A stretch of 64,000 nucleotides of DNA, taken from positions 286,902 to 350,901 of the forward strand of contig CAVPRW010000045.1 in NCBI GenBank assembly GCA_963707985.1, written 5' to 3'. Below, one piece after another: positions 10,333 to 20,406 of the stretch. A program made the translations under genes and the position numbers. The notes under the pieces were generated by a model. That model made no database searches and was not told the DNA's origin. It was given only the letters and a program-made list of their open reading frames with translations. The DNA comes from an uncultured Nitrospinota bacterium (lineage in GTDB: Bacteria > Tectomicrobia > Entotheonellia > J063 > CAVPRW01). Position 1 is the stretch's first letter; each line of letters begins with the position of its first letter.

Positions 10333-10871
10333 GATTTCTTCCCCTCACCTGGTGAGCCAAAGACATAGGTGCCACGGTCTGGGTCGAGGTCCGGGAACGG
10401 CACCCGTATATCATGATAAAACTCTTGCACGACGTAATCCTTACGGAGTGGATGCCCCTCCCAATCATCTGGCAAAAAGATCCGTCGTGGATCCGGATGC
10501 CCCTCGAACCGAATGCCGAAGAGGTCGTAGGCCTCTCGCTCGTGCCAGTCGGCCGTACGCCAGATCAGCGCCACTGAAGGAACACTAGGGCTTGTGCGCG
10601 GCAGCTCCACTTTCAGCACGATCTGGTGCATCAGGGTCATGGACTGAAGATGATACACGACCCCTAGCGGATGCCCTGCCCCATAATCTACCCCGCTCAG
10701 ACACATCAGATAGTTGAACTGTAACTCTGGATCATCCTTGAGATATTTTCCGACCTCGGCAGCGACCTCTGGGAGCAGTTTGATGGATGGATTCGGCAGG
10801 GACTCTTCAAACTCCAGGATATGATCCCCAAAGCGTTCTTTGAGGTGTGTGTGGATCTCTGCAGGTGTCAC
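10329..10871 (-). CDS. nuoC: NADH-quinone oxidoreductase subunit C
   Basis: ADWHEREAYDLFGIRFEGHPDPRRIFLPDDWEGHPLRKDY signature. Confidence 0.95.
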   Translation of the reverse strand: MTPAEIHTHLKERFGDHILEFEESLPNPSIKLLPEVAAEVGKYLKDDPELQFNYLMCLSGVDYGAGHPLGVVYHLQSMTLMHQIVLKVELPRTSPSVPSVALIWRTADWHEREAYDLFGIRFEGHPDPRRIFLPDDWEGHPLRKDYVVQEFYHDIRVPFPDLDPDRGTYVFGSPGEGKKS

Positions 10872-10913
10872 GACAGTTCCTTCCCCTTTCGCAGGTCAAC
10901 GCCATTCCACAGA

Positions 10914-11528
10914 CTAGTGATGGTCCTTAGCAAAGTCAGGCACCTCGACTTCTGACCTACCGATGGCAGCCAGTTTGCGCTGCAGGGTCTGCTCCTGCTT
11001 GATCTTCTCCTGGAGCTTCAAAATCCCCTCCATGAGGGATTCCGGACGGGGAGGGCAACCTGGCACGTAGACATCCACCGGGACAATCTGGTCGACCCCC
11101 TTCAAGACATGGTAGCCATGTTTCCAGTATGGGCCCCCGCAGGTCGCGCAACTTCCCATTGAAATCACGTATTTGGGTGCTGGCATCTGGGCGTAAAGCC
11201 GTTTGATACGGCTGGCCATCTTGATGGTCACTGTGCCAGCCACGATCATCAGGTCTGATTGCCGTGGGCTCGGGCGGAAGACCCCAGCGCCAAAACGATC
11301 GAGATCATACCGCGAAGCCCCTGTGGCCATCATTTCGATGGCGCAACACGCGAGACCGAAGGTCATAGGCCAGAGCGATGAGAGTCGGGCCCAATTGAGG
11401 AATTTATCCACCGAAGTGACTAGAACATTATCGCCGTACTGCCCCTCAGGAGGGATCTCTCCCTCCTTGAGCTCCGCGACCTTATCTACGATCAGGGGAT
11501 TTTGTGGGCCATGACCTGCGTCAGCCAT
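10914..11528 (-). CDS. nuoB: NADH-quinone oxidoreductase subunit B
   Basis: [35 protein letters not shown]. Confidence 0.96.
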   Translation of the reverse strand: MADAGHGPQNPLIVDKVAELKEGEIPPEGQYGDNVLVTSVDKFLNWARLSSLWPMTFGLACCAIEMMATGASRYDLDRFGAGVFRPSPRQSDLMIVAGTVTIKMASRIKRLYAQMPAPKYVISMGSCATCGGPYWKHGYHVLKGVDQIVPVDVYVPGCPPRPESLMEGILKLQEKIKQEQTLQRKLAAIGRSEVEVPDFAKDHH

Positions 11529-11644
11529 GCGCCTGCCCTCCGTCTATTTGTTTGGGCTCCATAACAGCACCTCGTGCGTGCCGAGAGCAATGAAGACGTA
11601 TGAGACCGGTAGCAAAAACGAACAGATAACCGAACTTGTTATGT

Positions 11645-11674
11645 ATTATATCTAGGGCTGTCTATGCCTGTAAA
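11645..11674 (-). promoter_or_regulatory. Sigma-70-type promoter candidate for nuoB
   Basis: Minus strand reads TTTACA-18 nt-TATAAT, about 115 nt upstream of nuoB. Confidence 0.55.
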
Positions 11675-11747
11675 GGGATGCACCTCTCACCACAGGCTCG
11701 TCGGGTGGTGGGCGAGGTCACCACCCGACCCGACCACACTCGAAGGG

Positions 11748-13154
11748 TCAGAGATGCACGGCTCGTCCATCGGCAGCCAGCGCCGCCTCCAGGAGTGCTT
11801 CTGCCAATGTCGGGTGGGCATGCACCGTTAACAACAGCTCGTCTAAAGTTGCCTCCAAGGTCTTCAACGCGGCGGCCTCAGCAATCATCTCGGTGGCCTC
11901 AGGCCCCACGATATGCACGCCGAGAATCTCCCCAAACTTGGCATCAGCGATGAATTTCACCAGACCTTCCGTCTCGGCCATGGCGAGTGCCCGGCCACTG
12001 GCACGGAATGGGAACTTGCCGACGTTGATCTCGCGCCCCGTTTCACGGGCCCGTGGTTCGGTCAGACCAATACTGGCTACCTGAGGAGCGCAGTAGGTAC
12101 AATTCGGGATGTTGGTGCGTTCGAACGCCTTAGGCGTCAGTCCTGCAATGTGCTCAGCAGCGATCATCCCTTCGGCCATGGCCTTATGAGCTAACAGCGG
12201 CGGACCGGCGATATCTCCGATGGCATAAATATTGGGAATGCTCGTCTGCTGACAGCTATTCACTTGCACAAAACCACGCTCTACAGCCACACCAACTGCC
12301 CCTAAGCCCAACGCTTCCGTGTTCGGCGCTCGGCCAACCGCCAGCAGCAGAGCAGCCGCCGACAGCTCGCGCATGCCTTGGGGCGATGCCACGACCACAC
12401 GTACCTGATGGTCGGAGACCTCGACCGTTTCCACCTTGGTGCCGGTCATGATCTGCATGCCGCGTCTGCGGAATGAGTGTTCCAACACTTCGGCGATATC
12501 TGGATCTTCGAGCGGCACCAGCATTGGGAGCATTTCGATCAGCGTGACCTGCGTTCCATACGTAGCAAATATTGAGGCGAATTCCACGCCAACCGCCCCC
12601 GCCCCGATGATAATCAAGCTCTCTGGTGCGGCTTCGGCCTGCAACGCCTCGTAACTGGTCCACACTCGTCGGCCGTCGACAGTGATACCCGGCAGGAGGC
12701 GCTCGCGTGACCCCGTCGCCACAATGAGATGTTCGGCCTCCAGCACCTGGGCTGCGCCACCACTGGCGGGGTGCACCTCTACCTGCGTTGTCGAGCGCAG
12801 CTGAGCCACTCCCGCAACTACGGTGATACCATTCTTGCGCATGAGAAAGGCAATACCCCGCGTCAAGCGCTCAGCAACCTGGCGACTACGCACCTGGGCC
12901 TTGCGGTAATCGGCGCTCAAGCCCTGGATCTGCAGGCCGAATTCCTCGCCTCGCCTGGCCAGTGACAGCACTTCCGCGTTTCGCAACAATGCCTTCGTCG
13001 GGATACACCCCCAATTCAGGCATACGCCACCCAAACGATCACGCTCGATGACCGCCACCTTCCGGCCTAGTTGGGCGGCACGAATGGCCGCTACATAGCC
13101 GCCAGGTCCTCCGCCAATGACGATCACCTGAAAACCCTGATTCGGTGCCGCCAT
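11748..13154 (-). CDS. lpdA: Dihydrolipoyl dehydrogenase (E3)
   Basis: GGGPGGYVAA, GGVCLNWGCIPTK redox disulfide, HPTLAE. Confidence 0.96.
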   Translation of the reverse strand: MAAPNQGFQVIVIGGGPGGYVAAIRAAQLGRKVAVIERDRLGGVCLNWGCIPTKALLRNAEVLSLARRGEEFGLQIQGLSADYRKAQVRSRQVAERLTRGIAFLMRKNGITVVAGVAQLRSTTQVEVHPASGGAAQVLEAEHLIVATGSRERLLPGITVDGRRVWTSYEALQAEAAPESLIIIGAGAVGVEFASIFATYGTQVTLIEMLPMLVPLEDPDIAEVLEHSFRRRGMQIMTGTKVETVEVSDHQVRVVVASPQGMRELSAAALLLAVGRAPNTEALGLGAVGVAVERGFVQVNSCQQTSIPNIYAIGDIAGPPLLAHKAMAEGMIAAEHIAGLTPKAFERTNIPNCTYCAPQVASIGLTEPRARETGREINVGKFPFRASGRALAMAETEGLVKFIADAKFGEILGVHIVGPEATEMIAEAAALKTLEATLDELLLTVHAHPTLAEALLEAALAADGRAVHL

Positions 13155-13247
13155 CCAATCTCCTTAAGATGGTACATCATTGGCCAGGCTGACATACCCA
13201 CCCGGCTCTGCTAAGCATGCCACGGCTACCGACGGTATGGTTCGGAG

Positions 13248-14552
13248 TTACAGCATGAGCGTCAAGGGTTGCTCCAGCAACCGCTTGACGATTTGCAGGA
13301 ACTGTGCGCTCGTTGCCCCATCGACGGCGCGATGATCGCCGGATAATGTCACCTTCATGCGATGCCCAATGCTGAGCTGTCCATCCACGACCACCGGCTG
13401 CTGCTTGATGGTACCTACCGCCAAAATGGCGGCGTCCGGAGGGTTGATGATCGCCGCGAACTCCTCAACATCGAACATCCCCAAGTTCGTCACGCTGAAC
13501 GTGCCTCCAGTGTAGTCTTCGGGTTTCAGCCGCCGTGATCGGGCCCGTTCGGTCAACTCTTTGGCTTCCCTGGCAATTTCGCCAAGGCTCTTGCGGTCGC
13601 AATCGCGAATGACGGGTGTAATTAAACCGTCGTCGAGGGCCACCGCCATGCTGAGATGGACACGCTGATGCGCTCGGAGCATATCGTCCGCATACGATAC
13701 ATTCATCTGGGGGAATTGCCGTAGGGCATTGGCCACCGCTTTCAAGATCATGTCGTTGAAACTGATCTTGTGCTCGTCGGCTGCCAGCTCGTTCAACGCC
13801 TGTCGGATGGTGATAGCGCGCTCCATAGCGATTTCGGTGGTCAGATAAAAATGCGGAGCGGTGGTCTTACTCAGTGCCATGCGTCGAGCGATCGTCTTGC
13901 GCATCATGCTGAGTTCGCGCTCGCTATGGTCGACGCCTGCGACTCCAATTGGGGCCGACTGTGACGGAACCTGCAGAATCGCTTCCAGGGCCGCTGCCGG
14001 AGCTGTGATGGGCGATGTCGGTGTCTGTGAAGGTTGGCCCCGAGGTAGCACCAAGAACGCTTCAATATCTCGTTTGACCACTCGACCCCCAGGGCCAGTG
14101 CCAAGAACCTGGGCGATATCGATCCCGGCTTCCTCAGCCATACGTCGTGCTAACGGAGAGGCATCGATGCGCTCTCCGCTGAAAGATTCAGGTTGGGTAA
14201 TTGTTTCTGATCTGGAAGCCAGAGCGCTCGGCGGCGGAGCGAATGTCGGGGAGGAAGCTATGGTCACGGGGGATGGCGATGATGATTTGCCGATCAGGGA
14301 GGACACATCCTCGCCCTCGGCACCGATTATGGCGAGGAGTTGGCCGACCGGCACCTTGCTATCTTCCTGGGCGAGGATCTTGTGCAGCACCCCGGCTGTG
14401 GTCGCCTCCAGCTCGAGGACAGCCTTATCGGTCTCAATCTCTGCCAACGCATCGCCGGACACCACGCGATCGCCTTCGCGCTTCAACCATTTGACTACCA
14501 CGCCCTCTTCCATCGTCTCGCTCATTTTGGGCATGACAATCTGACTCGCCAT
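13248..14552 (-). CDS. pdhC: Dihydrolipoamide acetyltransferase (E2) of a 2-oxoacid (probably pyruvate) dehydrogenase complex
   Basis: Lipoyl domain EIETDKA, E3-binding ASPLARR...GTGPGGRV, catalytic DHRAVDG. ATG 14552 with RBS AAGGAG. Confidence 0.9.
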   Translation of the reverse strand: MASQIVMPKMSETMEEGVVVKWLKREGDRVVSGDALAEIETDKAVLELEATTAGVLHKILAQEDSKVPVGQLLAIIGAEGEDVSSLIGKSSSPSPVTIASSPTFAPPPSALASRSETITQPESFSGERIDASPLARRMAEEAGIDIAQVLGTGPGGRVVKRDIEAFLVLPRGQPSQTPTSPITAPAAALEAILQVPSQSAPIGVAGVDHSERELSMMRKTIARRMALSKTTAPHFYLTTEIAMERAITIRQALNELAADEHKISFNDMILKAVANALRQFPQMNVSYADDMLRAHQRVHLSMAVALDDGLITPVIRDCDRKSLGEIAREAKELTERARSRRLKPEDYTGGTFSVTNLGMFDVEEFAAIINPPDAAILAVGTIKQQPVVVDGQLSIGHRMKVTLSGDHRAVDGATSAQFLQIVKRLLEQPLTLML

Positions 14553-14655
14553 CGCTCCTTCCTTTCTCGTGCCCACCATGGCTCTCTGGAAAGCATTGTT
14601 GACGACACCTGGAGACCTGTATGTCAGGTTCTGAGGGGCGGAGGCCGACGTGCAA

Positions 14656-15543
14656 TCAATTCGAGAGGGTGAAGAGGCCAGTCCTGGCTTTTTGCTCACC
14701 GGCATGGTACGAACTGCGCACTAATGGCCCCGCTTCCACATGCCTGAAACCCGAGCTTAGACCGTCCTGGCGTAGTTGCTGAAATTCCTCCGGGGTATAG
14801 ATGCGTAGCACCGGGAGATGCCGGCGTGACGGCTGCAAATACTGGCCAATGGTTAGAATGTCGCACTGTACCGCGCACAGATCACGCATGACCTGGCGCA
14901 GCTCCTCCCATTCCTCTCCCAACCCGACCATCACTCCACTCTTCGTAACAAATCCTCGCTGCTTGGCGCGTTGCAGCAGCTCCAGTGAGCGCGGATACTT
15001 GGCCTGGGGGCGCACCGTCCGATACAGACGTGGGACTGTCTCGGTATTGTGTGTCAAGATGTCTGGTTTGGCTTCCAAGACCGCCAAGAGCGGCACTTCC
15101 AGGCCTTCGAAATCAGGAATCAATGCTTCAACGGTGCAATCCGGGTTCAGTGCCTTGACTTGCCTGATCGTGGCGGCCCAGACCGCCGCACCACCATCGG
15201 GGAGCTCATCGCGATTCACCGAGGTAATAACTGCGTGCTTGAGCCCTAGGACGTTGACGGCTTCGGCCACGCGCGCCGGCTCCTCACCATCGAGCCCCAG
15301 TGGGCGGCCCGTTTTGACGTCGCAAAAGCCGCAGCTCCGGGTGCAAACGTCTCCCAGGATCATAAAGGTAGCGGTCTTCTGGTTCCAGCACTCGCCGATG
15401 TTGGGGCAACTGGCGCTCTCGCACACCGTGTGTAAGCGCTTCTCGCGCACGAGCTGTTTGAGTTCGAAATAATTCTCGCCATGTGGCAATTTCACTTTGA
15501 GCCAAGGGTAATGGCGCTTAGACAACACCGGTCGTGGTTCCAT
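14656..15543 (-). CDS. lipA: Lipoyl synthase
   Basis: [13 protein letters not shown] and radical [11 protein letters not shown] motifs, C-terminal VRSSYHA. Confidence 0.97.
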   Translation of the reverse strand: MEPRPVLSKRHYPWLKVKLPHGENYFELKQLVREKRLHTVCESASCPNIGECWNQKTATFMILGDVCTRSCGFCDVKTGRPLGLDGEEPARVAEAVNVLGLKHAVITSVNRDELPDGGAAVWAATIRQVKALNPDCTVEALIPDFEGLEVPLLAVLEAKPDILTHNTETVPRLYRTVRPQAKYPRSLELLQRAKQRGFVTKSGVMVGLGEEWEELRQVMRDLCAVQCDILTIGQYLQPSRRHLPVLRIYTPEEFQQLRQDGLSSGFRHVEAGPLVRSSYHAGEQKARTGLFTLSN

Positions 15544-15670
15544 TGTTCACTCGCTAATGCCTGCGGAGTCGCATCCCGCGGTTGCCTCGTATCCCAAGCC
15601 GTCATGGGATGAGGGCCAGCTGAAAGCATGGCCTAGCATACAAAGGACCGCTCTACCATTGCAAGTGAAT

Positions 15671-16515
15671 TCAGGCCCCAGCGAAGAAGGTGCTAGAGAG
15701 TGCATCATGGCGTATCAGTATTATCTCGATGGCGCGCTGCCATTTCATCGTTTCCTTGACCAGGGTTTGCGCTACGCAGCTGACAGCCAGGCTGAGAATC
15801 CCGAGGCCCGCTAGAGTCGGAGTGATATTGACACCCACTTGACGCAGGACGATTAGACCCCCCGCAAACAACGGGCCACACTTCAGCACGATCGCCTGAA
15901 ACCCAGTAAGGCCACACAAGGCGCCGCGGCCAACCTCGTGGAAAGCAAGGCAATCCACACATTCCGTCGGCAAAGACACGGCTCACATACCATGATACCG
16001 GCGCGTAGTTGGCCCTCCAAATGGAGAGTGAAAAGCTGTAGGCCAAGGCCAAGGATCACCACAATGACTGTTGCCAGGCTAGTGGCCGTCACAGACCAAA
16101 GCCTGCCTGGATCCCGGAGACGCTTCAGCAGCTCTACGAGCATGGAGGGGATGCCTACGAGGCCGTGAATAACCCAGCGACCTGACATGGCTAGGCGCTG
16201 AGTGAGTTCCCCGACCGCGGAAAACAGACCCTGGGAATGATCGGCGAATAGATCTGGTTTCACCTCCAAAGGTGCGCCAGAAGGGGCTTGCTTTCCCACC
16301 ACGATCAGCGCTCGGAGAGTTTTCAAGAGCTCGTCGCGCTGCTGTGGATCGGCGATTTGTTAGACCAGGTGTTCCAGGTCGGCAACCGAGACCTCGGTTT
16401 CGGCGATTGTGCCAGCCCGATCGTATGAGATGGTGGACAAGCCTGCAAGCCCGCACAAGCTCCCCAAGAGCAGACACCCAAGGCGCGCTGCGATGAATAT
16501 GCTCGGTGTGATCAT
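15671..16515 (-). pseudogene. Degraded MscS-family mechanosensitive channel gene with large N-terminal extension
   Basis: Signal-like N-terminus, in-frame TAA at 16360-16362 (ADLEHLV*QIADPQQRDELLKTLRALI), then a frameshift to an MscS TM2-TM3-like segment LIVLRQVGVNITPTLAGLGILSLAVSCVAQTLVKE. The cytoplasmic domain is missing. Confidence 0.65.
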
Positions 16516-16667
16516 GGCCAGGTTCTCTGGTGGCATGATGTCCGCGATACGCCAGGCTTTCCCGACGTGATGGAGTCGTTTCCGACTCGACAGCAACTGT
16601 TATACTGTACAGAAGATGCAGGGCCATCGCATTGACCAGTCGGGGATTGTCGGAGTGGATTTAAGGG

Positions 16668-16697
16668 TTGCTGATCACCCTTGGCGGTGCCTATAAT
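16668..16697 (+). promoter_or_regulatory. Sigma-70-type promoter candidate for the coiled-coil OmpA gene
   Basis: TTGCTG-18 nt-TATAAT. Confidence 0.45.
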
Positions 16698-16876
16698 AAC
16701 GTTTTTACGCTCGCATAACTGCTGCGATCGCGCACTTTTCGGCGCTGTTCTTGCCGCAAATAAGCAGACATGAGCGGTACTAGAGTAGACGCGAGTCGAT
16801 GGTGCTTAGCCTGCCGACAACGCAACAGGGGCGGCCGGTTGGCTGGATACCCCTCACGATGCTGAAGGAGAAGATA

Positions 16877-19795
16877 ATGATGCGGGAGGTCTTTCTTAGG
16901 TCGCCTTGGGGCGGTCGCTTTTGCCTGATCTTAGCGCTCGTACCGCTGCTTCTCTTCGGTTGTACGCGCGAATTGGAGGAGAAACTCGCGGGCAAAGAAC
17001 GCGAACTCTCTGGCCTCCAGACAGCCCTGAGTGAGGTGCAGGACAAACTGGCGACTCTTGAGACCTCGTATGCCAAGCAAAGCGACGAGTTGGCCCAGGT
17101 CCAGCGTCAGCGGCATGATCTAACAACGGAGATCAAGACACTCGAAGCGACGCGTGCCACGCTTGAGCAATCTCTAACCCAGAGCCAGGCGGAACTAGCC
17201 GAACGTCTGCAAAGCCTTGATCGCCTCCGGCAAGAGCAGCAAACGCTCACCAGTCAGGTGGAGGACCGTGACACCCGCCTCCAGGAGATGACGCAACAGC
17301 GAGCGGACATGAGTGAGCGGATTCGCACTCTAGAACAGAGCCGGCTCGAACAGGAGCAGGCCTTAGCCACCACACAGCAGGAGCTCACCCAACGTCAGCA
17401 AGCATTGAGTGCTCTGCAGCAGGAGCATCAGGTCTTAGCTGACGGCCTACAAGCACGTGAAACTGAGGTGCGACAGGCTGTACAAGAAAAAGAAGCATTG
17501 CAGGTACACGTGGCAAATTTGGAGGGTCAGCTGAACCAACAGCGCACCGACCTGACAGCCCAAATCCAAACACTCGAGGCGCAACGGGTGACGCTTGAAG
17601 CGTCGCTTGCGAGTAGCCAAAACGAGCTTGCCGCTCGTCAGCAAACGCTCAAACAGCTGGTGCATGAGCAACAGACGCTTACCGCACAACTAGGTGAGCG
17701 CCAAGCACTGCTGGAGACACTGACACGTGAGCGCGATGAGACGGCCGCACAGCTGAAGATGGCCGAGGCGACTGACGCCGCACAAGATGATGAACATGAC
17801 AAGTTACGACAAACTTTAACCAACAGGGAACAACGGATAGACACATTACAGCGCGAGCTGCAAATGTTGAGCGGCCAGCTCGATGCTCGAGAGCAGGAAT
17901 GGCAGCAGCTCAAACATGCGAATGAAACCCTGGCGGCGACAGCTGCGGCGCTTGAACAGGCAAAAAGCGTGGCTGAAGCTGAGGCGCAGAAATCGCGTGA
18001 GTCATTGACCGAATCCCAAAGACAACTTGCCCAGGTGCAAGCGAATCAGCAACAAAGTGAGCAGCAAGTCGCGTTGTTGCGACCCCAAATAGCCGCGTTA
18101 CAGCAATCGTTGGGACAGTTGCAGACGGAACGGGACACCCTGCTAGCGGCGCGCGCCAAAGCCGACGAAACCTCCGCCAGTCTCAGCGGACGACTGGCAG
18201 AGCTCACGGCTCAGATCGGTCAATTGCAGACAAGTCTCTCTAGCGCGGTGGAAGCCCGTGCGCCTGAAGGGCAGAAGCTCGATGCTCTGCTGCAGGAAAT
18301 GCAACGCCTGAGCACCGAGCTGGCCGCCGCACAGGCGCAGGCAAAGCGCGCTGATGATGCGCTCAAGGTCGCCGAGACGACGCGCGTGCAACTGGCTCAA
18401 GCTGAGACAAGTCTGGCGCAGAAAGTAGCCGACTTGACCGGAGCCCAGAGTCGCATAGAAGACCTCCAGCACAACGTCTCCCGCCTTGAGCAGACCCGTC
18501 AGGAGTTGGGCCAGCGACTCAGTGCCTCAGAGTCGACCCTACATGAAACCCGAGAGGCGCTCGTCGCGGCCGAGACGGCCAAATCAGCAGTTGCTCAACA
18601 GGCAGTCGGCTTATCGTCAAAGGTCCAAGAGCTACAAGGGAGCCTGACGGACCGCCTCAAGGAGATCAGTGATCTTTCCGGCCGTGTGGCACTCATCCCA
18701 GGCTTGGAAAACCAACTGACGACTGCGACCCAAGAGCGGAATCAGCTCCAGAAGGACGTGGAAAAGCTCAGAGAGGAATACGCCATTGCTCGCACGCGTG
18801 GCGAGGATGTCAACGCTCAGCTCACGCGCCTACGGACGAGTTTCGAGGCTCGTCAACAGGAGTTGACCGCAGCGCACCAGACCATCGCCAATGCCGAGTT
18901 ACGCGCCAATCAGCTCAAAGGCCAGGTCGATGCCATGCAGCAGGAACTGGCACGAGCGGGCACCGAGCGGGAACAGATGCGCCTTCAACTTGCCGATGTG
19001 AGTGGGCAGCGTGCGACGCTCCAGACTCAATTGGCATCAATGACGCAGCTGAAAGACGAGGCGGATGGACGTATCGCCAAGTTGTCGAACGACCTTGCCG
19101 GGCTGCAAACCGAGCTTTCGCAGACGATTGAGGTGCGGAATACCGCCCAAAACCAGGCCAAAATGTTGACGGAAAAACTCGGCGCTGCGCAGAAGGAGAT
19201 TGGTAATCTGACGCTGGCCCGCACCGAAGTTGAGGCACGTGCGAGCAACCTGCGGCAGCAGCTCTCGAGCACCACGGATCAGGTTCTGAATCTAGGGGAG
19301 GAAGTCCGTGGACTGCGCGATCAAGTCCGCGGACAGGACCTTACCCAACTGTCGACGCTGCCCAGGACCCTGACCGGGGGAGTTACCTTCGACCATCGAC
19401 GCTCGACGTTGAGCGAAGACAGCCGGAAACTCCTTGATGAAGCGGCTGGCATTTTGCAGAGGTATCCTGATGTGCAAATTATCATCGAGGGCTATACCGA
19501 TAATGTTGGCAGCCCGGACTTCAATCGCTTGCTGTCCGAACATCGCGCCACTGCCGTACGTGACTATCTGATCGAACATGGCATCGAGTCGGCTCGATTA
19601 GTCGCTGTCGGGCGGGGGCCTGAAAATCCAGTTGCATCGAATAACACGCCCCATGGACGGGCACTGAATCGACGCATCGAATTCCATTTGAGCGAGTTGC
19701 CAAAGACGGGTCAAGTCAGGGATACCACACCGGCAACACGAATTTCTGATAAGCCAGTCCAACTCGATCTTCAGCAACGCCCAGAAGGGCGCTAG
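16877..19795 (+). CDS. Lipoprotein with about 800-residue coiled coil and C-terminal OmpA-like peptidoglycan-binding domain
   Basis: ATG 16877 with RBS AAGGAG, lipobox LFGC (Cys29), Q/E/L/A-rich heptads, then IEGYTDNVG...NRLLSEHRA...GRALNRRIEF. Confidence 0.88.
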   Translation: MMREVFLRSPWGGRFCLILALVPLLLFGCTRELEEKLAGKERELSGLQTALSEVQDKLATLETSYAKQSDELAQVQRQRHDLTTEIKTLEATRATLEQSLTQSQAELAERLQSLDRLRQEQQTLTSQVEDRDTRLQEMTQQRADMSERIRTLEQSRLEQEQALATTQQELTQRQQALSALQQEHQVLADGLQARETEVRQAVQEKEALQVHVANLEGQLNQQRTDLTAQIQTLEAQRVTLEASLASSQNELAARQQTLKQLVHEQQTLTAQLGERQALLETLTRERDETAAQLKMAEATDAAQDDEHDKLRQTLTNREQRIDTLQRELQMLSGQLDAREQEWQQLKHANETLAATAAALEQAKSVAEAEAQKSRESLTESQRQLAQVQANQQQSEQQVALLRPQIAALQQSLGQLQTERDTLLAARAKADETSASLSGRLAELTAQIGQLQTSLSSAVEARAPEGQKLDALLQEMQRLSTELAAAQAQAKRADDALKVAETTRVQLAQAETSLAQKVADLTGAQSRIEDLQHNVSRLEQTRQELGQRLSASESTLHETREALVAAETAKSAVAQQAVGLSSKVQELQGSLTDRLKEISDLSGRVALIPGLENQLTTATQERNQLQKDVEKLREEYAIARTRGEDVNAQLTRLRTSFEARQQELTAAHQTIANAELRANQLKGQVDAMQQELARAGTEREQMRLQLADVSGQRATLQTQLASMTQLKDEADGRIAKLSNDLAGLQTELSQTIEVRNTAQNQAKMLTEKLGAAQKEIGNLTLARTEVEARASNLRQQLSSTTDQVLNLGEEVRGLRDQVRGQDLTQLSTLPRTLTGGVTFDHRRSTLSEDSRKLLDEAAGILQRYPDVQIIIEGYTDNVGSPDFNRLLSEHRATAVRDYLIEHGIESARLVAVGRGPENPVASNNTPHGRALNRRIEFHLSELPKTGQVRDTTPATRISDKPVQLDLQQRPEGR

Positions 19796-20328
19796 AGGAA
19801 ACTCTCCCATCGTGACTTCAAACGCATGCGGGGGGAAACGAAGACCACGATGAAAAAGTGAACCGTGAGGTCCGAGGTGCTTCTATGCGTCTATGCCTAG
19901 TTGTCCTGTGAGCTTCGTCCTAACCGATGCTGTCGGTGCTGACAGCCGAGAATGTTTCCACTGTCAAAGCGGGGGCTTCGCGACACTAACGGGGAGTCAA
20001 GCGAGGTCTCCAATCGGACCGGGGAAGCAATCGCTCACATGAAACCGCTGCAGAGTTGTGCTGCGGGTAAACCTGACTGGGCATCCGCAAGGCTCAGACG
20101 ACGCACATTCCTGTCTGCCATTTTCTTCCTGACTATCGGCGTGAGTCTCTCCGTCAATCCATGGCCTCGTCACCCCAACCATTCCAACACATGAGGCCGC
20201 CGTGTGCACCAATTCGTGTCGAGTTCAGAGGGCAAAATGCCGTCCATGGGGAGAAGCGCCTGTGGAGCAAGGCTCACCGGCGGTACTCTTGTCATGTTAT
20301 GTTGGCTTTTGGCATTTTATGTAAGGGA

Positions 20329-20357
20329 TTGACATATTACTAGAGAAGCTGTATCGT
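20329..20357 (+). promoter_or_regulatory. Sigma-70-type promoter
   Basis: TTGACA-17 nt-TATCGT, 50 nt upstream of the HTH-REC gene. Confidence 0.65.
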
Positions 20358-20406
20358 AGGGAAAGTTATGGTAAGATCGATGTGGGATATGGTTACTGGA
20401 GAGACG

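Noticed and set aside
8362..11528. Possible group 4 NiFe hydrogenase
   Set aside because: The large subunit lacks both CxxC nickel-binding motifs and has complex I signatures.
11748..15543. lipA-E2-E3 without E1 genes as a novel complex
   Set aside because: Split pdh loci are common. E1 is probably encoded elsewhere.
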